Source: Candidatus Kaiserbacteria bacterium (GTDB taxonomy: Bacteria; Patescibacteriota; Minisyncoccia; Phycocordibacterales; Phycocordibacteraceae). From it: a stretch of DNA of 64,000 nt. The notes under the pieces are model-generated. The model did not search any database and was not told the DNA's origin. It worked only from the letters and a program-made list of their open reading frames with translations. Both the position numbers and the translations under genes were made by a program. This document shows positions 26,361-35,534 of the stretch, piece after piece; the stretch's first letter is position 1, and each line of letters begins with the position of its first letter. The stretch is taken from positions 26,258 through 90,257 of the forward strand of contig JARIGM010000035.1 of the NCBI GenBank assembly GCA_029288865.1. Direction: 5' to 3'.

Positions 26361-29300
26361 ATGCCCAGCAGATTGTCTTATTTCGGAACAGCGCCGCTTC
26401 TCATCGCGCTGTTTGCAAGCAGTGCGCTCTTAATTTTCCCTTCGCTCTCGCAAGCTGAGACGGGAGCCACGCTCGGCCAATACGCCATCAAATCAGTATC
26501 AGCGCAGCAATACATGGCGCTGCAATACGGCGTGTCGCGTGTCGACAACCAGGTCGTTGATTACTTCGGCGATGGGACGAATCCGTTCCAACAATTTTCT
26601 GTTGTGCGAATGGGAAGCACCCAGTATGAATTGCGCGACAAGCCGAACGGCCTCTGCCTTACCGCAACTACAGCTGGCATCGTGCAAGAGAATTGCACCG
26701 GGAGCAACAATCAGCTCTTTATCTTGAACAAGCAGTCGGACGGTTCATATCAGATCGGCAATGGAAACAAGTGCGTAGTAGTCCCTTCGACGTTCGCAAG
26801 CGTCGTAACAGGTGATTGTAGTTCAAACGCCTCATGGACGTTCGTTCCAGAGAACGGCAGCGCGAGCTTAAACCTATCAGCATCGAATACGACTTCAAGC
26901 TCAGTATCTGTTTCTTCTTCAGGTACTCCGACTCCGACAAGCACGGATGTGGCTCCGAGCTCAAGCAGCATAGCTCCAGGACAATATGCCCTTAAATCCG
27001 TACCGTTCCAGCAATATATGGCGCTTGCCTATGGAGCATCGCATACGGATTATCCAGTGGTGGATTACTTCGGCGATGGTACGAATCCGTTCCAGCAGTT
27101 CGTACTCACAGACATGGGTTCCGGCCAATTCGAACTTAAGGAGAAGACAGGCGGACTCTGCGTAAGCATAACCAGCAATGGAGTACTTCAAGAGAATTGC
27201 ACCGGCGCAGGCACGCAACTGTATTCGCTCACTAAACAATCGGATGGTTCATATCAGATCAAGAATACTGCTTCGGGAAATTGCCTCACAGTCCCTTCAA
27301 CATTTTCAAATGTTACGGCTGGATCGTGTGACGCAAATGCTGATTGGTTTCTGTTGAGTCGAAACGGATCAGTGACAACTCCTTCCACAACTCCCGTCGC
27401 TTCAACTCCCGCCGCAACGACGCCGACATTCAAGTCTGGCGATCGCGTGATGACAACTGACTCGGTGAACGTGCGTGCAGCTGTCTCAACTGTTGGACAG
27501 ATTCTCGCAAAAGAAGCACGCGGAAAGACCGGCACTGTTACTGATGGTCCTTCTCAATCCAATTCGTATACCTGGTGGAATATCGCCTATGATGACGGCG
27601 CTGCGGGATGGAGCGTTGAGTCTTATCTGGCCGCAACTACGATTCAGAAACCTGCTCCTGTTACTCCTGTCACCGTTCCTGCACCCGTGACCCAACCTTC
27701 CTCGAGTGAGACTCCAGTCACGCAGCCAACGACGCCGACATTCAAGTCTGGCGATCGCGTGATGACTACTGATTCAGTAAATGTGCGAGACGGCGCATCC
27801 GCGCAGAGCGCAATTCGTGGCAAAGCGCTAAAGAACGCAACCGGAACCGTTACTACCGGACCAGTACAATCAGGTAGCTATAAGTGGTGGAAGATCGACT
27901 ATGACAACGGACTGAGTGGCTGGAGCGCCGAATCTTATCTCACAGCAACCACGATTCAGAAGCCGGTGACGACCCCTTCAACACCGACGACGCCAGTAAC
28001 TACCCCATCGAGCTCCACTGATTCATCGCAGAGCGTAACGACTGTAGTCCCAAAAAACTTCCGTCTCATGACACTCGGCGACTCGATGACACAAGGATAT
28101 GGTGGAGCTGATGTCGGAGGATATCGCGGCCCCCTCTATCAGGCACTGCTTTCAGCGGGCTATGCTCCCCAGATGGTCGGTACCATCTCGTGCGGCACCT
28201 CAAGTCTCTTGCCTGCAAACCAGCAAAATTGTGACGGAGTCGGCGGCAACACCCTTGCTCAGATCGATGCTCGCGTAAAGACCGGCATCGTCACGACAAA
28301 TAATCCGGACGTCGTACTGATTCTCGGCGGATTCAATTCGATCTATTACACCTACGACTCGACCCAGACGGATCTCGATAATCTCCAGCAGATCATCGAA
28401 GACGTGCACGCGCAGAAGCCAAGCGTTCATATCATCGTCTCTTCACTCGTGGGAAGCACCCAGTGCTGCAACACGAATAAGATTGCGGAGTACAACGCTG
28501 GCATCCCGGGCGTCGTAGCGAAGCTGAAGGCTCAGGGTTATGCGATCACCTACGTCGACATGTATCCGGTCGTGCCAAGCAATGACCTCTACGATTACGT
28601 GCATCCGAACAGCGATGGCTACCGCCTCATGGCAGCAACATGGCTGAACGCGATTAAGGCGATCGTGCCGCTCACAACGACCACATCGGTGAATACAACA
28701 TCGTCATCATCATCGACGATCGCCTCAGCGTCATCGTCTAAGAATCTCGACTTGACCGGCTATAAGCTCACATTCGATGATGAGTTTAATAAGCTCGACA
28801 TCTCCGATTCCACGACTTACGACGGATCGAATTGGTACACGCACAACGAGCAGTGTTGCATGATGACCACCGATGGTTCTGGCACGGCGATGGTCGGCCT
28901 CTCAAGTCCGCAGAATCCGTATTCGATTCTCCCCGGCGGAGGACTGAATATACGATTACAGAAAACTAATAACACCTGGACATCAGGTGTTATTACGTCT
29001 GTCGACAATTCGGGCAAAGGATTCTCGCAAAAGTACGGCTACTTCGAGATGAAGGCCAAACTTCCTGCCGGCACTGACACCTGGCCAGCTTTCTGGCTTT
29101 TGAATACTGCCGCCAAAAGCAGTAATGCGCCTGCAGGAGAGGCTGATATCGTCGAATACATCGCAAACCCGGGCTTCCGGAATTATATCGTCTCCACACT
29201 CCATGATTGGAGCAATGGAACTACCCCATCGGAGAACCACGTCCCGGTCTCATCGGTCCCCAGCGATGGGAACTATCACACGTACGGTATGAAGTGGACT

Positions 29301-29480
29301 CCTGATACGATCACCTTCTACTACGATGGAGTCCAGACAGCTCAGACCTCGACACCTACAATCATGCACCAGCCATACTATATGCTCGCAGACCTTGGAA
29401 TCGGTGCTGGTTGGCCGACGGATAAGACCCCATCAACTAACGACATGCAGATCCAATACATCCGTGCGTATTCCAACTAG
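26361..29480 (+). CDS. secreted multidomain cell-wall-active enzyme: 2x ricin-B lectin, 2x SH3b, SGNH/GDSL hydrolase, GH16 beta-glucanase
   Basis: Signal peptide. Two beta-trefoil lectin repeats (QYMAL…NGLCLTATT…QENCTG…). Two SH3b copies (FKSGDRVMTTDSVNVR…WW(N/K)I(A/D)YD…GW). GDS motif (LGDSMTQGYGG) and DxxH (DYVHPNSDGY). GH16 catalytic ExDxxE (GEADIVE). Confidence 0.75.
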   Translation: MPSRLSYFGTAPLLIALFASSALLIFPSLSQAETGATLGQYAIKSVSAQQYMALQYGVSRVDNQVVDYFGDGTNPFQQFSVVRMGSTQYELRDKPNGLCLTATTAGIVQENCTGSNNQLFILNKQSDGSYQIGNGNKCVVVPSTFASVVTGDCSSNASWTFVPENGSASLNLSASNTTSSSVSVSSSGTPTPTSTDVAPSSSSIAPGQYALKSVPFQQYMALAYGASHTDYPVVDYFGDGTNPFQQFVLTDMGSGQFELKEKTGGLCVSITSNGVLQENCTGAGTQLYSLTKQSDGSYQIKNTASGNCLTVPSTFSNVTAGSCDANADWFLLSRNGSVTTPSTTPVASTPAATTPTFKSGDRVMTTDSVNVRAAVSTVGQILAKEARGKTGTVTDGPSQSNSYTWWNIAYDDGAAGWSVESYLAATTIQKPAPVTPVTVPAPVTQPSSSETPVTQPTTPTFKSGDRVMTTDSVNVRDGASAQSAIRGKALKNATGTVTTGPVQSGSYKWWKIDYDNGLSGWSAESYLTATTIQKPVTTPSTPTTPVTTPSSSTDSSQSVTTVVPKNFRLMTLGDSMTQGYGGADVGGYRGPLYQALLSAGYAPQMVGTISCGTSSLLPANQQNCDGVGGNTLAQIDARVKTGIVTTNNPDVVLILGGFNSIYYTYDSTQTDLDNLQQIIEDVHAQKPSVHIIVSSLVGSTQCCNTNKIAEYNAGIPGVVAKLKAQGYAITYVDMYPVVPSNDLYDYVHPNSDGYRLMAATWLNAIKAIVPLTTTTSVNTTSSSSSTIASASSSKNLDLTGYKLTFDDEFNKLDISDSTTYDGSNWYTHNEQCCMMTTDGSGTAMVGLSSPQNPYSILPGGGLNIRLQKTNNTWTSGVITSVDNSGKGFSQKYGYFEMKAKLPAGTDTWPAFWLLNTAAKSSNAPAGEADIVEYIANPGFRNYIVSTLHDWSNGTTPSENHVPVSSVPSDGNYHTYGMKWTPDTITFYYDGVQTAQTSTPTIMHQPYYMLADLGIGAGWPTDKTPSTNDMQIQYIRAYSN
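27417..27787 (+). repeat. intragenic duplication of SH3b-encoding segment (near-identical about 59-nt cores at 27417-27475 and 27729-27787)
   Basis: acgacgccgacattcaagtctggcgatcgcgtgatgac… is repeated almost exactly. Confidence 0.7.
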
Positions 29481-29553
29481 TCCGTGACACTATAGATACG
29501 GTGTTGTATTCTGAATCGGGCCTGTTTTTGCTCTTCACCATGAAAGGAACCGC

Positions 29554-30078
29554 ATGGAGACGCACGGAATCTACCTGTACCATATGGTGCCGGACAACCT
29601 GAGGGGCGACACCTTGTATCCTCTCAATCTACTTCAAAAGACGTATCCCGCCGAATATGAAGCCGCGAAACGGAGATATGTTGGTCGTGAGCATCTGCTG
29701 ACCCAACGTATCGCAGCACTTGATTGCTTCTGGGGTGACGTATTGTTCTTAACGCCGTGTCATCCGGCACGCATTGCCAAGGCATTTCAGGAAATAGGCC
29801 TCGAGCTCGATGCCGCGTTCTATGAGATCGACGCTACAAAGCTCGCCCCTGATAAGGCAGCGATCTGGCTGGGAGTTGGAGATCCGAATGACCTAGCTAC
29901 TTATGTGGCATATAAGCCTGAGACTCTTAAGCAATACGATCTGGTAACAAGGCAAACCTCGGTCAGATACCGACAAGCGAAGGAAGCCGGACACAAACCC
30001 TACCTCTTTGAGGACGCGCCACACGTGCTTTATCGCGGTCCTATTGAAGTACCTTCCCGTACGATCGTTCTCTCCTAA
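29554..30078 (+). CDS. hypothetical protein with weak DarT/DUF4433-like N-terminal motif (possible ADP-ribosyltransferase)
   Basis: GIYLYHMVPDNLRGDTL is close to the DarT N-terminal motif IYHITHIDNLKGIL, and GDVLFLTPCHP is close to DYVPFYFCPRSP, both recalled from memory. An acidic FED lies near the C-terminus. Terminator at 30092-30124. Confidence 0.45.
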   Translation: METHGIYLYHMVPDNLRGDTLYPLNLLQKTYPAEYEAAKRRYVGREHLLTQRIAALDCFWGDVLFLTPCHPARIAKAFQEIGLELDAAFYEIDATKLAPDKAAIWLGVGDPNDLATYVAYKPETLKQYDLVTRQTSVRYRQAKEAGHKPYLFEDAPHVLYRGPIEVPSRTIVLS

Positions 30079-30124
30079 ATCCGATCGCCTGAAAACGCGC
30101 AGTCCTTCGGACTGCGCGTTTTCT

Positions 30125-30610
30125 TTATTCAGTATCGAGTGATTTGCGGCGGAACTGGCTCACATTCTGCAGCACGAACATCACGAGCCCGAGCGAGCCG
30201 ATAATCTCGATAAGGAGCAGTCCGCGACCAGCGATCGTTGCAGGTAGGTTGATCGGATTGAACACGAACACCAGGACACTTGTGAGCATGAGACTTATCG
30301 GGTCAAGCGAGAGATCGGGGAAGCTTGCTGGCTGAGCCAAACACAGGAACCAGTATTGAAACGCAAAGAACACCAAGAACTCCAGAATCACAAGCGAAAG
30401 TATCATGAACATGTTCATGCTTCCCTTCACTTCCTCCACAGCCTCTGTCGCGACAAAGATCGTTACAATAATTCCTGCAATGGACGCTGCAAGGATCACC
30501 CCTTCGGCGACCGCCACAGGCGTATGGGTGAATATCAGCAGGCTTTCCGCCACTATCAAAGCAGCAGTTCCGAGAAGCGAATGTGAAAGCTTAAATTTTC
30601 GACGTTTCAT
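30125..30610 (-). CDS. hypothetical membrane protein (4-5 TM)
   Basis: Hydrophobic helices throughout; no family assigned. Confidence 0.45.
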   Translation of the reverse strand: MKRRKFKLSHSLLGTAALIVAESLLIFTHTPVAVAEGVILAASIAGIIVTIFVATEAVEEVKGSMNMFMILSLVILEFLVFFAFQYWFLCLAQPASFPDLSLDPISLMLTSVLVFVFNPINLPATIAGRGLLLIEIIGSLGLVMFVLQNVSQFRRKSLDTE

Positions 30611-30654
30611 ATGATATGTAGTATAGTGTATCTACACCTAATTCATAAATCATC

Positions 30655-30792
30655 ATGGGAGCAAACGCACATGGAGTAAGTCCGAAAAAGATCCGCAAAT
30701 CGCCTCAGAAGACCGCGAAGCGCCTCGCAGCCAAGGCTGTCATGCTCGCAGCGAAGTCGACCGGAAAGAAGCGGATGGGAGCAGGCAAATAG
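30655..30792 (+). CDS. possible small Lys/Ala-rich basic protein (45 aa)
   Basis: ATG…TAG ORF MGANAHGVSPKKIRKSPQKTAKRLAAKAVMLAAKSTGKKRMGAGK, followed by a clean terminator at 30806-30832. No obvious RBS. Below the ORF-track size cut-off. Confidence 0.25.
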   Translation: MGANAHGVSPKKIRKSPQKTAKRLAAKAVMLAAKSTGKKRMGAGK

Positions 30793-30834
30793 GCCGCCTC
30801 AAGAGAAAACCCTCGAATATTCGAGGGTTTTCTC

Positions 30835-30863
30835 TTGACAACATATTTTGTGCATAGTATCAT
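30835..30863 (+). promoter_or_regulatory. sigma70-like promoter for the cold-shock gene (TTGACA-17-TATCAT)
   Basis: tcTTGACAacatattttgtgcatagTATCATtag, about 90 nt upstream of the csp start (a long 5' UTR is typical of cspA). Confidence 0.55.
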
Positions 30864-30955
30864 TAGTGAGTCATTCGCAGTGCTGGCAATGAGATCGCAT
30901 CGAACTCCAGCTCCTGCACTTGATATTTATCAGGTGCATCGCCCCCAATTGTATG

Positions 30956-31153
30956 GATAATGGAACTATTGTCGCTCTCAATGAAAAAGGCTTCGGCTTT
31001 ATCAAGCGAGAGGGACAGGAAAAGGATCTTTTCTTTCACACGAACGAGCTCACGAACGTCCAGTTCGATGAACTTCGCGAAGGTGACAAGGTTACCTTTG
31101 ACGTCGCAGAAGGCCCAAAAGGCTTGAACGCAGTCAAGGTCACAAAGATCTAA
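30956..31153 (+). CDS. cspA: cold-shock protein (CspA family)
   Basis: MDNGTIVALNEKGFGFIKREGQEKDLFFH… with RNP1/RNP2-type motifs; terminator at 31163-31186. Confidence 0.85.
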   Translation, partial: DNGTIVALNEKGFGFIKREGQEKDLFFHTNELTNVQFDELREGDKVTFDVAEGPKGLNAVKVTKI

Positions 31154-31200
31154 TCTCCGTAAGAAAGCGCCCTCGCGGCGCTTTCTTCATTTCAATACGT

Positions 31201-31644
31201 ATGACAACACAACACACTTTCACAATCAACGTTCCCGTCTCGCAAGCATACGAAGCAGCCTCCACGCTCGGCGGCTTGCGCAGTTGGTGGACCTCAGATA
31301 TCCAAGGAAGCCCAGACAAGGACGGCGAACTAACGCTCGGCTTCGGCGACGGCCGCGGCTGGACCATGCGCGTGACGCAGCTGAAGCTCAACAAGTGGAT
31401 CATCTGGACTATCATCTCCTCCACGTTCCTTTCGGAAACGCCATGGACGCCGACCGATCTTTCCCTCCGCTTTCTCGAAGCTGACGGCTACTCCACCAAG
31501 CTCATACTTGAATACGAAAGCCGCCCGGACATCGAGGCGACCTTCGCACCCGAATGGAAGAAGTCCATCGAAAGCCTCGTACTCCTCTGCGAAACCGGCA
31601 AAGGCACGCCCGCAACTCCTAAGCGCGAAAAGAAAGTCATTTAA
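31201..31644 (+). CDS. SRPBCC/AHSA1-like domain protein
   Basis: Activator-of-Hsp90-ATPase-like / polyketide-cyclase-like fold pattern (…LRSWWTSD…G…F…W…). Confidence 0.55.
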   Translation: MTTQHTFTINVPVSQAYEAASTLGGLRSWWTSDIQGSPDKDGELTLGFGDGRGWTMRVTQLKLNKWIIWTIISSTFLSETPWTPTDLSLRFLEADGYSTKLILEYESRPDIEATFAPEWKKSIESLVLLCETGKGTPATPKREKKVI

Positions 31645-31647
31645 AGA

Positions 31648-31676
31648 AAAGCCCGCCAAAAACTCGACGGGCTTTG
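31648..31676. terminator. bidirectional terminator between convergent genes
   Basis: aaagcccg ccaaaaactcga cgggcttt flanked by A and T runs. Confidence 0.6.
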
Positions 31677-31694
31677 TATTTTATTGCTTCGAAA

Positions 31695-32408
31695 CTATTG
31701 AGGCTTCGTCAGCAGCTCCCAATTCCCTTCGGGAATTTTAGGCTTGAGAGCCACAGAACCACCCTTACATAAAGGGCAATCCTCGGGATCCCATATGTCC
31801 ATAGGATGATCGATGAGCGCGATGATCCGCTTTCCATCGATCTCCTTCAGGCCGGAGCGATTCACCAGCACCAGGCAGAACGGCAAGAGCTCAGCTCCAA
31901 GTTCCCGACACGCCTCGGTGGCGAATCCGACGCTTCCACCCGTCGTGATGACATCTTCGCAGAAGAGCACCCGCTCGCCAGGCCGCACCGTATTGGTAGG
32001 ATCGTTGAACTCCATGCCGACGACGATGTCCGCTTCCTTGACCTTTACAGGCGAAGCCCATTCGCAATGCCGACGGCTGGTACGCACCCGTGAAATTGTG
32101 CCGGCAAGGAACTCGGCAAGATCCGTCGCACCCGTTGCAGGTCCGACCACGCGATCGATCAATTCCAGATCGCCTCCCATCGTAGAAAATAGATGGATGA
32201 GGTCCCAGGCGGCCTCTTTAAGCGCTTGTTTGTCTACGACGACCTTTTTACTATTGAAGTAACCGCGGGAATGCTTGAGTGAAGCGAGCTCAGCATGAGG
32301 ATGAGAAGGATCGTCATCATGGATCCATAGCGCTCCCATGTCTTGGTACACGCCGATCCATTTTTTCCGCAACATTGCTTGCAGCTCGGAGTAATCTGAT
32401 TCAGACAT
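31695..32408 (-). CDS. phosphoribosyltransferase family protein (orotate-PRT-like)
   Basis: PRPP-binding motif VLFCEDVITTGGS; GAAAGG RBS before MSESDYS. Confidence 0.6.
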   Translation of the reverse strand: MSESDYSELQAMLRKKWIGVYQDMGALWIHDDDPSHPHAELASLKHSRGYFNSKKVVVDKQALKEAAWDLIHLFSTMGGDLELIDRVVGPATGATDLAEFLAGTISRVRTSRRHCEWASPVKVKEADIVVGMEFNDPTNTVRPGERVLFCEDVITTGGSVGFATEACRELGAELLPFCLVLVNRSGLKEIDGKRIIALIDHPMDIWDPEDCPLCKGGSVALKPKIPEGNWELLTKPQ

Positions 32409-32556
32409 ATGATGCCTTTCGAGGTTAGGGTTCAGAGTTCTACGCACTCTGCCGTTACCCTACGCGAGATTCGCGACTCGAGCAACTGAGGGCTTCAGGG
32501 AGTCTTAATACGAGATGCTGTAGAGTACGGCATTACTCATGTAATGCATCATCACC

Positions 32557-33057
32557 ATGAATGACCTACGGACACTGTACCTGACTAAACTTAAGAAACT
32601 GCTCAGCATCGAAGAGCAGATTATCGCTGCGCTTCCGAGCCTGATCGAGAGCGCGACAAATGGCATGCTTAAGAAAGGCCTTACGGACCATCTCGAAGAG
32701 ACACGTAACCAACGCGCCCGATTGCATCAGATTCTGACGGCACAAGGTGAAAGCCCCGCTCCCGAACTAGATCGTGCGTTCCAGACCATGCTCGCAGAAT
32801 CGGAGACAGAGCTCGGCACGATCAGCGATCCGAACGTGAAGGACGCAGCAATCATCGCATCCTCGCAAGCCGTGGAGCATCTGGAGATGGCGAAATACGG
32901 CACCGCTGTGGAGTGGGCAAAATCGCTCAATTTCGATGAAGACGCAAAACTCTTGAAGGATACACTCGGCGAAGAAGAAGCTGCGGATAAGAAACTCTCG
33001 AAGGTTGCTGAGGGTGGCATGCTCAGCCCGAGCGTAAACGACGCTGCAGCAGAATAA
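32557..33057 (+). CDS. ferritin-like DUF892 (YciE/YciF) stress protein
   Basis: MNDLRTLYLTKLKKLLSIEEQIIAALP… is typical of YciE/YciF. Confidence 0.7.
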   Translation: MNDLRTLYLTKLKKLLSIEEQIIAALPSLIESATNGMLKKGLTDHLEETRNQRARLHQILTAQGESPAPELDRAFQTMLAESETELGTISDPNVKDAAIIASSQAVEHLEMAKYGTAVEWAKSLNFDEDAKLLKDTLGEEEAADKKLSKVAEGGMLSPSVNDAAAE

Positions 33058-33105
33058 TGCAATAGTTCAGCTTGAAGTCCAGTGAAGCATGTCTATACTT
33101 AATAC

Positions 33106-33723
33106 ATGCTTCATTCTTCTACGAAGACCCGCAAGAAGCGCTCGCCACAAGCGAGCGCTGTCTTGGAGCAACTCTTCGAGCCCAGCAGCACTACGATCGA
33201 CCCGCAATTCCTCATCGAATACCTGGGCGGCGTAACATACGCCACGAATGAAAATGTGCTCGGTGCGATCAAGGATCACATGCGCATAACTCCCGGCGAA
33301 ACGCTTACCATGCTCGTTACGTCCGCGGGCGGGCCGAGCGGCACTGCCATGAGCTTTTATGACACCATCCGTACTATCCTTAAGCCGAAGCTCGTTACGA
33401 TCGGGAGTGGCGACGTCGATTCTTCCGGCATCATCATCTTTCTCAGCGGCAAGACTCGATTCGTAACACCTCACACTACCCTTCTGTTCCATCCGGCAGG
33501 ACGCATGTTCTCAGCGGATAAGCGATACACTGCCACTGAAATGGCAGCTATGCTCGCCGAGGATGAATTAAAAGACGCACAGTATGCGTCGATCGTCGCA
33601 GAGAATTCTCATGGCCATCTTTCTACGGATGACGTGCTTGAGCTTATGGAAACACACACGGTTCTTACCCCATCGGATCTTGTTGCGTACGGCTTAGCTG
33701 ACGGTATTCACACGGCAGTTTAA
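33106..33723 (+). CDS. ClpP/S14-family serine peptidase-like protein
   Basis: TSAGGPSGTAMSFYDTIR resembles the ClpP SPGG…YDTM region; …LFHPAG… resembles HQP. C-terminal YGLADGI. Confidence 0.5.
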   Translation: MLHSSTKTRKKRSPQASAVLEQLFEPSSTTIDPQFLIEYLGGVTYATNENVLGAIKDHMRITPGETLTMLVTSAGGPSGTAMSFYDTIRTILKPKLVTIGSGDVDSSGIIIFLSGKTRFVTPHTTLLFHPAGRMFSADKRYTATEMAAMLAEDELKDAQYASIVAENSHGHLSTDDVLELMETHTVLTPSDLVAYGLADGIHTAV

Positions 33724-33795
33724 CCAGTTCTTAAGGTTGGGTTGCATATAGTATGTCAGTTCGCGCGACATTACCAACTGTAACTGCATCTATAT

Positions 33796-34020
33796 ATGCC
33801 AAACAACAATTCACAAGGAGGTAACAGCAAGGGTGACACCAGCAAGCGCGGTTTCGCTTCGATGGACCCGGAAGAACAGCGCGAGATCGCTAGCAAGGGC
33901 GGCAAGGCAGCGCACCAGAAAGGTACTGCACATGAGTTCACGTCTGAGGAAGCTCGTGAAGCAGGACGCAAAGGCGGCGAAGCAAGCCATGGAGGCGGTC
34001 GTCGGAGCGAGAACGAATAG
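33796..34020 (+). CDS. KGG-repeat general stress protein (YciG-like)
   Basis: Repeated KGG/RKGG motifs in a hydrophilic 74-aa protein; strong terminator at 34059-34107. Confidence 0.7.
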   Translation: MPNNNSQGGNSKGDTSKRGFASMDPEEQREIASKGGKAAHQKGTAHEFTSEEAREAGRKGGEASHGGGRRSENE

Positions 34021-34058
34021 TGTCTCTGCCGTACGCTAAAATAGGTTCACCGGATGAG

Positions 34059-34107
34059 GCCCTGCCCTGCATTTCCGTTCGGGAAATGCAGGGCAGGGCT
34101 CTTTTTA
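34059..34107 (+). terminator. long perfect-stem intrinsic terminator
   Basis: gccctgccctgcatttcc gttc gggaaatgcagggcagggc followed by tcttttta. Confidence 0.75.
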
Positions 34108-34201
34108 TAGGCTAGTCGCCGTACTGCTGAGCTATTGCTTTTCTATAATTTATGTGTTACAATCATGTTCGGTTCGCGTAAAAGACGTATGGAGGAACCT
34201 C

Positions 34202-34591
34202 ATGATTCAACGGCTACCGCCTAGACTGACGGTTGAAGTACATAACAAAAATGTGGAGATTATACTAGGTGATCGGTACATCGAGATCCTATATAAGTTT
34301 ACCCTTCACGAACTAAAAGAAGAATGCTCTGATACTCTGTTCTTATCGTGGAAGCCCATGATGGATTGGACGTACGTAGACCGGCCGGCCTTTGATCCGT
34401 CTCCTGAGGAATACCTCATGCGACCAAGCACCGATAGCCATACCGCGCTCTTCCTTTATGTGCCCGAGGCCTGCCTGCATTACAAAAAACCCTTAGTGGT
34501 TTACGCAAGCGCACCCGTCAAGCGCGACATTGCTGGAATCGTGAAGGGATATACGATTTTCCTTAAGGAACAATCCCCTTTACTTCTCTGA
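34202..34591 (+). CDS. hypothetical protein
   Basis: GGAGG RBS before MIQRLPPRL; 129 aa; no family assigned. Confidence 0.4.
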   Translation: MIQRLPPRLTVEVHNKNVEIILGDRYIEILYKFTLHELKEECSDTLFLSWKPMMDWTYVDRPAFDPSPEEYLMRPSTDSHTALFLYVPEACLHYKKPLVVYASAPVKRDIAGIVKGYTIFLKEQSPLLL

Positions 34592-34663
34592 TACCATTTG
34601 ATCTTTCAGGTCCCGCACTTGTGGCGGGACCTTTTCTTTTTGTGCTATCGTGAGGCTATATTT

Positions 34664-35482
34664 ATGACTGAGCCAAGCGAACTCAGAATCGCGTCTTGGA
34701 ACGTATATGTATTTAATGAAAAGATCGATGAAGCAGTGGCATTCATCGAGAAACTAGACGCAGATGTGCTCTGCATGCAGGAAGTTTCGGAAACTCTTCT
34801 GAAACGACTCGAATCACTTCCCTATCACATGCTGAGCGCCATCGATCGGACCTGGCAACTCGACGCGTGGCGACCGTCTCGCGGCGAAGCAACGATGTAC
34901 GTAGTTATCCTCAGCAAGCATCCGATACTCTCGCATGAGAAATATCTGCATCCTCCCCTGCCAAGCACGACTCCATGGCAGACACATCTGTATTATTTCG
35001 CGCGATACATAGTGGGCATGTGGCGCGGAGGTCCTGGTCGCGATTCCGAATTTCTTAAAGCCGAAATACAGCTGGGCGAAGACACTGTGGAGGTCTGGTC
35101 CGCGCATCTCTCGCTTTTCACTCCCGCAATCCGTTCACGCGAGTTCGCGACACTCGCATCCCATCTAAACCCCGACAAGAAGACGATCGTCTGTGGCGAT
35201 TTCAATATCCTCGATTCATGGCGCGTGAAGCTCATCAACTGGTTGCAGGGCGGGCGAATATGGGACGCACTGCCGTGGTCGAACGAACGCACCCATATCC
35301 AAGAATCATTCAGCTCAGCCGACCTTACGAATCCGCTCGCAGGGACAGTGACTCACCCAATTGCGCACTCACAGCTCGACCATATCCTCGTCTCGAACGA
35401 CCTCGCGACGCGCGACGCACATGTTATACGAGAACTGCATGGCTCTGATCACTACCCCGTCGAGCTCACAATCTCGCTCTAA
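34664..35482 (+). CDS. endonuclease/exonuclease/phosphatase (EEP) family protein
   Basis: N-terminal …IASWNV…, central CMQE, C-terminal GDFN…SDH(Y/L)PV. Terminator at 35488-35513. Confidence 0.65.
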   Translation: MTEPSELRIASWNVYVFNEKIDEAVAFIEKLDADVLCMQEVSETLLKRLESLPYHMLSAIDRTWQLDAWRPSRGEATMYVVILSKHPILSHEKYLHPPLPSTTPWQTHLYYFARYIVGMWRGGPGRDSEFLKAEIQLGEDTVEVWSAHLSLFTPAIRSREFATLASHLNPDKKTIVCGDFNILDSWRVKLINWLQGGRIWDALPWSNERTHIQESFSSADLTNPLAGTVTHPIAHSQLDHILVSNDLATRDAHVIRELHGSDHYPVELTISL

Positions 35483-35534
35483 AAGAAAAACCCTCGCGTT
35501 GCCGCGAGGGTTTAGAAAGATCAATTCAAACGAT

